Source of the DNA: Octopus sinensis
Lineage: Eukaryota
Direction: 5' to 3'
Assembly: GCF_006345805.1 (NCBI RefSeq)
Contig: NC_043001.1
Coordinates: forward strand, 74,338,001 to 74,402,000
DNA length: 64,000 nucleotides
The position numbers and the translations under genes are program-made. Below the pieces are notes generated by a model. The model ran no database searches. It worked only from the letters and a program-made list of their open reading frames with translations, and was not told where the DNA came from. Of this stretch, positions 1 through 12,011 are shown one piece after another (position 1 is the stretch's first letter; each line of letters begins with the position of its first letter).

Positions 1-358
1 TGTGTGTATATATATATGTGTATATATATATATGTATATATATATATATGTGTATATATGTATGTATGTATATATATATATGTGTATATATGTATGTATG
101 TATATATATATATGTTTATATATATGTATATATATATATATATATGTGTGTGTATATATATGTATGTATGTATATATATATATGTGTATATATGTATGTA
201 TGTATATATATATATGTTTATATGTATGTATGTATGTATATATATATATGTTATATATATGTATATATATATATATATATGTTTATATATATGTATATAT
301 ATATATATGTGTGTGTGTATATATATGTGGTGTATATATATGTATGTGTGTATATTAT

Positions 359-392
<34 letters not shown>

Positions 393-405
393 GTATATAT
401 GTATG

Positions 406-461
<56 letters not shown>
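1..461. repeat. (TA)n/(TATG)n compound microsatellite
   Basis: Direct reading; the YIYI/MYVC ORFs here are repeat translations. Confidence 0.97.
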
Positions 462-463
<2 letters not shown>

Positions 464-649
464 AGCTCGTGCGTGCGCGTCCGGTTTTTCTCTCTCCCTC
501 TCTATCCCTCATATATATTGCACACAAATATATATATATATATATATATAATCAAAGACAACATTATCCATCAGTATGAATTCTCTGTGGTTCGTAACTC
601 TTTCTCACTCCTTCTCCACACCTTCACACCTCCTCTTATCATTACACTT

Positions 650-1150
650 ACAATGTTCCTAACATTGATTACCACTATCAACATCATCACTACCATTACT
701 AAAATCGCCAACATCTCCCTCCCCCACCAACACTGCCATTATTGTCATCATCTCCACCATCAGACCGCCATCCTCGCTAGCATCACTTCCAGTAGTAGCA
801 CAACTATGATGATGATTATGATCAATGTCGTACCGTGGTTGTCGTCGTCGTCATCATTATCAGTATCTTCACTACCAGCATCAGTGTCATCATCATCATC
901 ATTATCATCAACATAACCATTGCCATCACGAATCCCACCACCAGCATAAATGTCCCAACGACCACCACCAGCAACACTACAGCCAATACTACAACTAGTA
1001 GCACAATCAACACTGCAACCAACGTCACCGCCACCGCCGCCGCCAATACCACAGACATAACCACCACCAGCATTACGACCACCACAGCCATTACTACAAA
1101 CACAACCACCATCACCACCATTACCATCAACAGGCAACTGTTATCACTAT
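650..1150. repeat. Degenerate (ACC/ATC)n low-complexity tract
   Basis: Runs of cat/acc/cac triplets give Thr/Ile/Ser-rich pseudo-ORFs on both strands. Confidence 0.75.
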
Positions 1151-1500
1151 AGGAACCTTTATGAGATTATGCGACTTCCTAGAAATGGCAGCTAGATCTC
1201 CCTCAAATGACAGCCAATATTTTCAAAAAGTGAACACATTGCATAGTGTAGTGTTGGATATCCCCCAAACATACACGCAACCACTACCAATACCACAAAC
1301 TCAACCACCCTCAACACGACGACGACGACCACGACGACCACCAGCACCATCACCACCATCACTATAGGAAACTTTATGAGGTTACTTCATTCCTAGAAAT
1401 GGCAGCTAAATCTCCTTCAGCTGACAGGCTATATTTTCAAAAAAGGGAAGGACATATTGCGTGGTGTTGAGTTGGATATCTCCAAAACACACACGCACAC
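1144..1500 (+). repeat. Two diverged direct copies (~150 bp) of an interspersed repeat
   Basis: tcactataggaa...ttcctagaaatggcagcta(g/a)atctcc...gttggatatc(c/t)cc occurs at ~1144 and ~1359. The same motif is inverted in the 36.5-kb array and at ~26.5 kb. Confidence 0.75.
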
Positions 1501-1842
1501 ATACGGGGTGGCTATGGTTGGAATACTTTCGATCATAGATCTGCTTGATCTGGGTTGACCTCGGGCTAAATAGCAACAACAATAACAACATACTGATCTC
1601 CCTAAACTATAATTATATCTTCCAGTTTATCATTTATCCAAAATATTCCCGCCTCTGCTCTCCCATCACTTTCGTTCCCCAGTATTTTCGTGTTTCTTCT
1701 TTCTTGTTTACCTTTATCCCTTTTTCTTTTTCTGTTTTTTTTTTAAATTTTCCTTCTTTTCCGTTTTCTTCATTTTCCTATTTTCCTTTTCTTTTCTTTT
1801 TCTTTTCTTTTCTGTTTTTTCTTTCTTTCTTTGCTTGCTCTC

Positions 1843-1907
1843 TTTCTTCTTCTTCTTCTTCTTCTTCTTCTTCTTCTTCTTCTTCTTCTTCTTCTTCTTC
1901 TTCTTCT
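1843..1907. repeat. (TTC)n microsatellite
   Basis: Direct reading. Confidence 0.95.
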
Positions 1908-2096
1908 CACTCGATGCCATAGCCGTTGTTATTATTACATTACACTTCAATATCTCTCTTCTATCAGGATCAGCTAGGTAAATTCCCACTAGTCGTTCAT
2001 TGAACAATCTGTCTAAGCGTGCAAATGCATTTAAGAGCAGCCAGGCTAAAGCACATCCAATTTTACTGACTGGTGTCAAGTTAATCTGTCTCTGTC

Positions 2097-2097
2097 A

Positions 2098-2170
<73 letters not shown>
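2097..2170. repeat. (CA)n microsatellite
   Basis: Direct reading. Confidence 0.95.
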
Positions 2171-2173
<3 letters not shown>

Positions 2174-2566
2174 CCCTCCCTCTCATTTTATAGACATCAT
2201 CTGGCTTTGCAAGTACGCTTGCACACAGTACTTGGATTGTTTCCGTGCTTATCTGGTTAAAACTATATATATATATATATGTATGTATATAAGTATATAT
2301 ATGATATATATATTTGTGTGTGTGTGTAGCAGCCACCAAGACAGATAATCGCTTAAGCTCTGCATCTTATCAGTACGTTAGAAGGGTCAGTGAATCCTAG
2401 CTCACATTTAATCCATCTCGACAAAATCTGCACACCCGAGAAGACTATTAGTAGTAAGTAATTAGAAAGAAACAAACAGCCGACAGAATCAGACGGCACA
2501 CTTGGAGTAGCCAGACCCGTACCCTACACTCTGTAATATATTTTATATTTTTTCAATACCAACACT

Positions 2567-2686
2567 ATGGCCTCGTTACTTGAGTATCATGGACCATATT
2601 CAATAGAAATGACACATGAGTTACCGCGACCGTTTATCCGCCCGGCACCAAGATCTGTTCCACCACCAACCTATACACATCCGTTG
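2567..2686 (+). CDS. Candidate first coding exon (40 codons, MASLLEYHGPYSIEMTHELPRPFIRPAPRSVPPPTYTHPL), product unknown
   Basis: ATG in a good context (aacactATGg), 120 nt of non-repetitive sequence, then a consensus donor TTG|GTAAGT at 2687 in phase 0. No downstream exon was identified. Confidence 0.45.
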
Positions 2687-2797
2687 GTAAGTATGGTTAA
2701 ATACTATCTTCACCACTTTAACTTTACGTATTATTGTTTGCTACCCTCTCTGGGCTTAATATCCAATAGAATGAGAAAGATAAAATGGGTAAGAAGA

Positions 2798-2822
2798 CTA
2801 TCTATCTATCTATCTATCTATC

Positions 2823-2890
<68 letters not shown>
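2798..2890. repeat. (TCTA)n microsatellite
   Basis: Direct reading. Confidence 0.95.
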
Positions 2891-2957
2891 CTCTATCAAT
2901 CTATCTGTATATATTATGTATACATACATATTATATATATATATATGTATATATATT

Positions 2958-3014
<57 letters not shown>

Positions 3015-3312
3015 TAGTAATAAATATGTTTATACTGGCGTGCGCGCGCACACATACACAGGTATACATTTATAAATATATACAATTTAATATCTAAGAG
3101 TAGATTTTTAACCAGTTGTAAAGTTATATAAATGGCTTAAGGGACGACAGTTTCGTGTGTTGCACTCTTGAATAAGTGAAATATCCTATACTGTCGGATC
3201 TTGAGTCACTCAGGTAAATTAACAGCTGTTTCGTGTGAGTGTGTGCATGGGTACATATAATACACACACACAGATATACATGCATACAGACACACAGACA
3301 CACACACGTATT

Positions 3313-3354
<42 letters not shown>

Positions 3355-3818
3355 TTATATATATACACACACACAAGTATTTGCATATATGTTGTGTACA
3401 TATAACTTATATATATACACACACACAAGTATTTGCATATATGTGTGTACATATAAACTTATATATCATCATAGCCAACGTCGATGCTGGTATGTCTTGG
3501 ATGCGTCATTAAGGTCCGAGTGAGTTTTTATTCGGAGTTGCTGCTTCATTAGATGTGGGGAAAACAACATCCTGCTTGTATATTTCCTTTCGGACACGAA
3601 TGCATTATATTGTGGTACCAGCCCTATAGATGTTGTCACGCACCTGACACGACCAAAGGGTTAATTCGACTCTATCCTTTACAGAGTGTGCTGTTTGCGT
3701 TTAATTGTAGCGCTGGCTCTTACGAAAGTTTTTATATCCTTAAAAAGTCTAAAGGACACGGTTAATCCCAAATCTTCATTTGCTTTATTCCCAATTCCGT
3801 TATATAATAGCTTGGGTA

Positions 3819-3852
<34 letters not shown>

Positions 3853-3938
3853 TTGTCTGTCTGTTTGTCTGTCTGTCTATTTGTCTGTCCGTCTGTCTAT
3901 CTATCTGTCTGTCTCTATGTATGCATAATAAATATCTG

Positions 3939-3977
<39 letters not shown>

Positions 3978-4300
3978 TATGAATACACGCACAAAGGCAA
4001 ATGCGTATAGTTTGTTTTAGATCACGACAATATCTTTCAGTTGTGTATCATGTTTTGTTTTTGAAAGTTTCTTCGAAGTTTCTACTTAATGAGCGTGTGT
4101 GAGTAAATGAAAGTGTGTGTGAAAATATATGTATGAATGTATGTATGAATGTGTATGTGTGTGAATATATACATGTATGTACGAATATATTATGTATAAA
4201 TGTGTGTGTATGTGTATGAATATATATATATATATGTATACTATACATATTGTATACATGTGCGTATTTATATACACACGTTTATGAATTTGTGTTGCAA

Positions 4301-4709
4301 GGAGTGGCTGTGTGGTAAGTAGCTTGCTAACAAACCACATGGTTCCGGGTTCAGTCCCACTGCGTGGCATCTTGGGCAAGTGTCTTCTGCTATAGTCCCG
4401 GGCCGACCAAAGCCTTGTGAGTGGATTTGGTAGACGGAAACTGAAAGAAGCCTGTCGTATATATGTATATATATATGTATGTGTGTGTATGTGTTTGTGT
4501 GTCTGTGTTTGTCCCCCTAGCATTGCTCGACAACCGATGCTGGTGTGTTTGCGTCCCCGTCACTTAGCTTTTCGGCAAAGGAGACCGATAGAATAAGTAC
4601 TGGCTTACAAGAATAAGTCCCGTCGATTTGCTCGACTAAAGGCGGTGCTCCAGCATGGCCGCAGTCAAATGACTGAAACAAGTAAAAGAGTAAAAACTAA
4701 AGAGTAAGG
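4301..4709 (+). mobile_element. tRNA-derived SINE, family 1 (near full length)
   Basis: Head ggagtggctgtgtggtaag...ggttccgggttcagtccc (A/B-box-like), core ttgggcaagtgtcttc, internal microsatellite, tail ggcggtgctccagcatggccgcagtcaaatgactgaaacaagtaaaagag. Many copies in the window. Confidence 0.85.
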
Positions 4710-4871
4710 TATACACATATTTATATATATAATGTATATATATGTATATATGTATATATATACGTATATATATATATGTAAATAGTTATATATATTACGT
4801 ATATTATATATATGTTTATATATGTATATATGTATATGTATATATGTATATATATATATATATATATTGTA

Positions 4872-4950
<79 letters not shown>

Positions 4951-5119
4951 AAGTATATATATATATATATAATATATATATGTATATATATATATATATA
5001 TGTATATTATATATATATATGTATATGTATATATATATATTATATGTATATATATATATATAGTATATATGTATATATATATTACATTGTATATATATGT
5101 ATATTATAAGCATTGTATA

Positions 5120-5973
5120 CGTGGTCTGAATCATAAGTATCCGGACTGTTGCCATATTAAAACGAAACTAAATCACGCAGAGTAAAGGTGCTTGGCACAG
5201 ATTGACCTTGAACTCCGCTGTTCATACGCACAAAGTTTTAACGTTCTAGCTCACTTATGCTGTTTACAGCAGTGCTTGGAAGGAAGGTGTGTAGCGTGTA
5301 ACCGTTTCATTAACCATAACAGAGAATGTTGAGCAGAGAATCTGCATCAATTCAGAGACCTACGCAAAGTTTTCAACACGTTTTCATCGTTCTCGACACG
5401 ATCAAGGAAATCTTGTGCAACTGAAACCGGAGTTTCTTTTTGGTCAGCTGAAAGCAGCTTTGGCACAAACTTGGCAGACACGCATCTCATACCCAAATCT
5501 TCAGTGATAATGAACTGGACCGTAACTAATCTGCACTTTCTCTGATAACTCACGGACGGTGATTCGATGATTTCCCCTCACAACTGCACGCACATCTGCG
5601 ATGCTTTCATCAGTTCTGCTCCCAGAACGTTCGTCAATATCGACATTTATTTTTTTTACCATCTTGGAAACATCTGAACCACTCGTACACTTGTGTGCGG
5701 TTCATACACTCCTCTCCATACACTTTCTGTAACTTTATGCTAGCCTCTCAGCAGGTGTTGCATGACAACTTTCTCTGTCATGGTCAATGCAACGATCACG
5801 CTAAGCACCTTCTTTCCAAGCACTGTTGTAAATAGCAGAAGTGAGGTAGAACGTTAAATCTTAGTGCGCGTAAGCAGCAGAGTTTAAGGTCCCTTTTTGC
5901 CAAGCTGCTTCACTCTACGTACTTTAGGTTTGTTACTATGGCAACAATCCGGATACTTATTGATCAAACCTCG
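5120..5973 (-). mobile_element. Internally deleted mariner transposon
   Basis: TA-flanked TIRs cgtggtctgaatcataagtatccgga / tccggatacttattgatcaaacctcg. Minus-strand transposase remnant ...GMRCVSAKFVPKLL (WVPREL-type motif). Confidence 0.85.
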
Positions 5974-5984
5974 TATTTGTATAT

Positions 5985-6465
5985 ATATATATATATATAA
6001 TATATATATATATATTATACACATATATATATTATCACATATATATTATACACACATATATCTTATACACATATATATATGTATATGTTATACACGTTGT
6101 ATATATATATATATTACACACAGTGGCTATGTATGTGTCTATATATATATATATAATATATATATATGATTATATAATATTATATGTTAATGTATACACA
6201 TTGTATATATATATAATTACACACATTGGCTATGTATGTTTCTATATATATATATATATATATGTATATGTTTACACATTGTATATATATATATATCACA
6301 CATTGGCTATGTATGTGTCTATATATAATATATATGTATATGTTATACACATTGTATATATATATATATTACACACATTGGCTATGTATGTGTCTATATA
6401 TATATATATATATGTATATGTTATACACATTGTATATATATATATATTACACCATTGGCTATGTA

Positions 6466-6512
<47 letters not shown>

Positions 6513-6562
6513 GTTATACACATTGTATATATATTACACACATTGGCTATGTATGTGTCTAA

Positions 6563-6595
<33 letters not shown>

Positions 6596-6723
6596 GTTAT
6601 ACACATTGGTATATATATATTACAACACATTGGCTATGTATGTGTCTATATATATATATATATATATTGTATATGTTATACACATTGTTATATATATATA
6701 TTCACACATTGGCTATGTATGTG

Positions 6724-6754
<31 letters not shown>

Positions 6755-6803
6755 GTTATACACATTGTATATTATATATATTACAACACACATTGGCTAT
6801 GTA

Positions 6804-6844
<41 letters not shown>

Positions 6845-6893
6845 GTTATACACATTGTATATATATATTTATATTACACACATTGGCTATGTA

Positions 6894-6934
<41 letters not shown>

Positions 6935-6983
6935 GTTATACACATTGTATATATATATATATATTACACACATTGGCTATGTA

Positions 6984-7028
<45 letters not shown>

Positions 7029-7101
7029 GTTATACACATTGTATATATATATATATATATATATTACACACATGGCTAGTATGGGTCTATATATATATTA
7101 T

Positions 7102-7145
<44 letters not shown>

Positions 7146-7193
7146 GTTATACACATTGTATATAATATATATATTACACACATTGGCTATGTA

Positions 7194-7258
<65 letters not shown>

Positions 7259-7301
7259 TATACACATTGTATATATATATGTATATTACACACATGGATA
7301 T

Positions 7302-7345
<44 letters not shown>
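5985..7345. repeat. Minisatellite: ~14 units of tacacacattggctatgtatgtgtc-(TA)n-tgtatatgttatacacattg-(TA)n
   Basis: Two constant motifs alternate with variable-length TA tracts. Confidence 0.9.
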
Positions 7346-7346
<1 letters not shown>

Positions 7347-7384
7347 GTACATTGTATGTATATATGTATGTAATTTGCTGCAAC

Positions 7385-7580
7385 TATCTTGCACGCGTTC
7401 TAAGACTGATATCGGCGTCTATATTCACTTCAGAACCACAGGAGAGCTCCTTTATGCTGATGATGTAGTTGCTTACACCGAAGAAGACATGCAGGCTATA
7501 TCTGATCTCTTCTCAGGAGCTTGTATCGCTATTGGACTTACCATCAGTCTAAAGTAAACAAAGATCATGTTCTCTCAGCC
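7385..7580 (+). mobile_element. RTE-clade LINE reverse transcriptase fragment
   Basis: Translates as [38 protein letters not shown] (YADD motif and GLTIS..K motif). Confidence 0.8.
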
Positions 7581-7589
7581 ATCAGTTCA

Positions 7590-8890
7590 ATCATATCTTG
7601 TTTTTTTTTGTAGGGGGACCACAACGGGCAGCAGTATTCGAGGTGGGGGCCTAGCGAATGTGAAGAAGAGAAGGATGATGGTTTCATGATCCCTAGATTG
7701 GAAAGTTCTGAGGATCCATGAGCACATTCTGCGGGCAACATCGATATTTTTGTTGATGTGTATACCCCAACTAAGGTTGCTGTCGACAGTTACACCTAAG
7801 TCTCTGATATTATCCGACGGTTCAAGTAGGTCTTCCGACGGTAGTGTATATGGATGTTTGAGTGTGTTCCCTCTTCCAAAGTGGATGAGCTCAAATTTTT
7901 CTTCGTTCAACTGCATATTGTTTGTTTTGTGCTCACTGGATTACTGCGCATAGGTCCGATTGAATCATTGACTTTCTGGAGCTTAGTCATCTGCAAATAT
8001 TTTTATGGTGCTATATCATTGATATAGAAAATAAAAAGGAGTGGACCTAGCACAGTAACCTGCGGGACTCCGCTGTTGACTTTTGCTGGTCTTGAGTGGA
8101 TGCCATCAACCACAACATGCTGGGTCCTGTTTGTTAGGAAATACTTAATCCATTAAAGTAGCTTTCCACCGACTCCAGCGTTGGATAGTTTCTTTAACAG
8201 TATATTGTGGTCGACTCTATCAAAGGCATTGCTGAAATCAAAGTATATGACATCCGCGTTGGAGCCCTCACTTAATGCATTTAAAATGTCATCAAAGTGA
8301 TGGAGGAGCTCTGTTAGACAGTCCCTCCTACCACGAAAGCCATGCTGGTTGCAATTTAGGAGATGATATTGTTCTAGGAAGGCTTTTATTCTTGATCTCA
8401 ACACTCTCTCAAATACTCTGATGATATGTGAGGTGAGTGAGATTGGATGGTAGTTTACAGGGAGCGATTTATTACCCTTTTTAAAGATAGGAACGACTGA
8501 CTGGGAGTGGAGGTTTTGAGGAATAAAACCGGAATCCAGTGATTTCCTCCAGAGATTTGCAAGGGGAGCTGCAAGTTGCTGTCTGTATTTCTTCAGAACT
8601 CTAGCAGGGAACCTGTCCGTACCCACTGCTGAATCAGGTTTGATTTCTTTTATTGCTGCTAGGGTATCAGTGACGTTGAAGGTTATGTCGGAAAGGATAT
8701 TTTGAGGATTCACAGAAGCAAAGTTGCTTGGGTCAACTAAATCAGGGTCACTGAAGACAGAGCAATATTAACTTTGCAGGATCTCAGCCATATCTTTGGC
8801 ATCATTGTGGAGGATGCCGTTTCCGTCAGCCAGTGGGCCGATACGGAAACTGTGGTCCTATGTGCTTTTTGCAAAGGAGTAGAAGACCTT
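7590..8890 (-). mobile_element. CR1/Jockey-group LINE RT fragment, disrupted
   Basis: ORF 8153-8713: PIFKKGNKSLPVNYHPISLTS, NQHGFR, DVIYFDFSNAFDRVDH. KIFADD near 7990. ORF 7587-7916: LNEEKFELIHFG, RDLGVTVDSNLSW. Confidence 0.92.
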
Positions 8891-8899
8891 ATATATTAT

Positions 8900-8907
8900 A
8901 TACGTTT

Positions 8908-8942
<35 letters not shown>

Positions 8943-9030
8943 CCATTTGCATATATATATATATATATATATAATACACATTTTGCATATATATATATAT
9001 ATAATATATATTATATAATATAATACATTT

Positions 9031-9078
<48 letters not shown>

Positions 9079-9126
9079 CTATAATACACATTTTGCATAT
9101 ATATATATATATATATATACACATTT

Positions 9127-9163
<37 letters not shown>

Positions 9164-9170
9164 CATTTTG

Positions 9171-9201
<31 letters not shown>

Positions 9202-9208
9202 CACATTT

Positions 9209-9245
<37 letters not shown>

Positions 9246-9260
9246 TTTGCATATATTATA

Positions 9261-9297
<37 letters not shown>

Positions 9298-9304
9298 CAC
9301 ATTT

Positions 9305-9345
<41 letters not shown>

Positions 9346-9363
9346 ATATTATAATACACATTT

Positions 9364-9404
<41 letters not shown>

Positions 9405-9598
9405 CACATTTTCCATTATATATATATATATATGTATGTATATAATACACTTTGCATATAATATATATGTGTGTATATATAAAAATATGCAAAATGTGTA
9501 TATATATATATTATATACACGTTTTGCATATATATATGTGTGTATATATATATAATATATGCAAAATGTGTATTATATATATATTATACACGTTTTGC

Positions 9599-9637
<39 letters not shown>

Positions 9638-9670
9638 TATATACACATTTTGCATATATATACATATATA
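8900..9670. repeat. Minisatellite of tacacattttgca units separated by (TA)n
   Basis: About 18 units; two are inverted (tgcaaaatgtgta at 9488 and 9560). Confidence 0.88.
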
Positions 9671-9707
9671 TGTGTAATTATACACATTGTGTGTGTATAT
9701 ATAATAT

Positions 9708-9753
<46 letters not shown>

Positions 9754-9915
9754 GAGGCGTAATTGCCCAGTGGTGAGGACAGCGGACTCGCGTTTATAGG
9801 ATCGCAGTTTCGATTCCCAGACCGAGCATTGTGGGTGTTTATTGAGCAAAAACACTTAAAGCTCTGCAAAGCTCCGGCAGTGGGTGGTGACAAACCTTGC
9901 TGTACTCTTTCATCA
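9754..9915 (+). mobile_element. tRNA-derived SINE, family 3 (5' part)
   Basis: gaggcg...gcccagtggt...gacagcggactcgcg...gtttcgattcccagacc, matching copies at 44755, 53285 and 55735 (-). Confidence 0.8.
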
Positions 9916-10013
9916 CACACACACACACACACACATACAGACACACAGACACACACACACACACACACACACATTTATATATATATATATTATATATTAT
10001 ATATATATATATG

Positions 10014-10410
10014 TACCAATTAAGGACTGAACACGAAAAGTGGACAGTCAACATGCTAGATATAGACGTCAAATCGCCATTCACCACAAAAGATTATGTT
10101 CTCAGATCAAACTCAACACAAAACCATAGCAATAAACAAGTGAAAAATATACAAAATAAAATAATTATTTTATTTCGTATATTTTTCACTTGTTTATTGC
10201 TATGGTTTTGTGTTGAGTTTGATCTGAGAACATAATCTTTTGTGGTGAATGGCGATTTGACGTCTATATCTAGCATGTTGACTGTCCACTTTTCGTGTTC
10301 AGTCCTTAATTGGTATATATAAATATTTTAATCTTCGGATTCTTTTTTAATATGCTAGACCACTGGTCTTAATTGATAAATATCAATTTCTACCCTTAAT
10401 TAATTTTATA
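10014..10410. mobile_element. Loop-less 302-bp palindrome (10014-10315) plus ~90-bp tail; probable PLE pseudo-LTR derivative
   Basis: Arms pair around centre 10164/10165 with one mismatch (10153 vs 10176). The tail contains atatgctagaccactggt, also at ~57415 (+) and ~44170 (-). Flanked by TA tracts. Confidence 0.7.
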
Positions 10411-10414
10411 TATA

Positions 10415-10625
10415 TATATGTATATTATACACATTGTGTATTTATGTACATTATACACTTTGTGCATATATATATACGTATATTATACACATTGTGTATA
10501 TATGTATATTATACACATTGTGTATATATGTATATTATACATATTGTGTATGTATATATTATACACATTGTATATATATATATATATTATACACATTGTG
10601 TATATATATATATATATGCATATTA
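10415..10625. repeat. Minisatellite of tatattatacacattgtg(TA)n units
   Basis: Direct reading; about 8 degenerate units. Confidence 0.8.
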
Positions 10626-10629
10626 TACG

Positions 10630-11350
10630 CATTACTGTCTCAAAATACGCAGACGACATGAAGCTGTACAATGAAATAAAAAGAACGGATCTTAGAGGGT
10701 GAAAAATTTTCCTGTAATCGAACCCGAACATAATGTGGTAATAGATTGCTGAGCAAAATTTACTTACACCTTCCTCAACACCAAGCCTAAGAAGTTTGCT
10801 GGTGAGCATGATCTAGGCATTATTATCAACAATGATCTGCGTTGGACGTGCCAAATTTTTAAAATTATCTAACAACTGAAGGGGTCTTAGCCGCTCGCCA
10901 GTTATTTATTTAAAGCTATATATAGTTATGGTAGTTCCAAACAATTTACATCTCTTGTCTGTACCCCCATTTTATCCAAAATATGGATCTGTGGGAAGCA
11001 GTGATAGAGGGTATTCATGTGTTTACAGAAACATGCAACCAGACGAACGCCCTCTGTCGGTCGCTTATCATGGCTTGAATGTATTGCTTCTGTGGACATG
11101 AGCACACGAAAATTTTGATTATCCACCATCTTTCCAGCCACAAATTTGGCCACCTTTTTGAATTCAGCATCCCTACAACCCATGGTCAAGTTTAAAAACA
11201 AACAGCACTACACTCATGACTTTCAGAAACATTCTTCTTTCCCGCTCAGAATTTATCAAAGCATGGAATAAACTACCCACATCATTTGTGAGCTGTCGGG
11301 GCACCGACACGCTTCCTTTAAAAGAAATTGACCAACACTATTTCTGACAT
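10630..11350 (+). mobile_element. CR1-like LINE 3' fragment, heavily decayed
   Basis: VSKYADDMKLYNEIK at the start, DLGIIINNDLRW near 10810, and AWNKLPTSFV near 11265. Confidence 0.75.
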
Positions 11351-11664
11351 ACCCCTGTACCATTTCCTTCTTATGGTTCTTTTACTGTTCAGTTTTCTAT
11401 CTTTATGTGTTTTACTGTGTACTCAGTTTGTACTTCTGGCTATAATTACTTACTTTATTCACTTATTACTGCTTTTTGTCCTCTCTTGTAACCATTGAGC
11501 ACTGTATACTATATGCTCATTCGCTCTCTCTTTCTATTTATAAGTGTGTGTATAAGCATATATGATTATATGAATATATCTATGTACATATTTATGACAT
11601 TTATTGCGTCACATGTTCACAATGCTATGAGAAATATATCTGCCAAACCGGCTCAAAATCTAAA

Positions 11665-11940
11665 CATCGGATTAGGGTACATAAGCAACAGATCAAAGAT
11701 GTATCTCTTAAAAATATTCCATGCAGTGAACATCTCGACATTTATGCAAAAGGAAACTGCAAAAAAAAAAAAGGAAGCAAATGAATTACGAAAAGCAAAA
11801 GAATACTTTATAAGAATTTTAAATCTGAAACGAAGCTAGGAATAGTCAACACCACTACTGAAAACAACTTCCTTCATAAAGAATATCCAGTAACACGTGT
11901 GTTTGAAAAGCTATAACTAATGAAAGCGCTTACACAATTT
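11665..11940 (+). mobile_element. Penelope-like element 3' fragment (GIY-YIG C-terminus) with decayed hammerhead downstream
   Basis: RIRVHKQQIKDVSLKNIPCSEHLD...KEYFIR aligns by eye with RVRVHE.QIYDPSVRNTTCSEHFE...EEYFIR in the 55.9-kb element. Confidence 0.65.
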
Positions 11941-12011
11941 GAAAACTCCCTTCCAAAAGATTTGTGCTACCCGGTTGCTTTTAAATTATTTTTTATATAA
12001 CTAATTGATAA

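Noticed and set aside
650-1152. Mucin-like Thr-rich or poly-Val ORFs
   Set aside because: Degenerate trinucleotide repeat open on both strands; no clear splice signals or signal peptide.
1714-2079. Minus-strand ORF with a protein-like segment (SKIGCALAWLLL...DPDRREILK)
   Set aside because: It starts at TTG next to (TG)n and runs into (GAA)n; splice sites are weak and no family was recognised. Not excluded, but unsupported.
3130-3245. Possible hammerhead halves on the minus strand (GAAA-CAGCUG-UU; GAAA-CUGUC-GUC)
   Set aside because: No intact CUGANGA core with a matching stem II and stem I could be assembled.
4301-4380. Functional tRNA genes at SINE heads (also 9754, 16108, 44755, 53285)
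   Set aside because: They have A/B-box-like motifs but no complete cloverleaf, and they continue into repeated SINE bodies.
5985-7345. CRISPR-like repeat-spacer periodicity
   Set aside because: The spacers are only (TA)n of variable length, the context is eukaryotic, and there are no cas genes.
2-7557. Long ORFs rich in YI/MYV/HT dipeptides here and throughout the window
   Set aside because: They are translations of (TA)n, (TATG)n and (CA)n tracts, which lack stops in some frames; there are no protein features.
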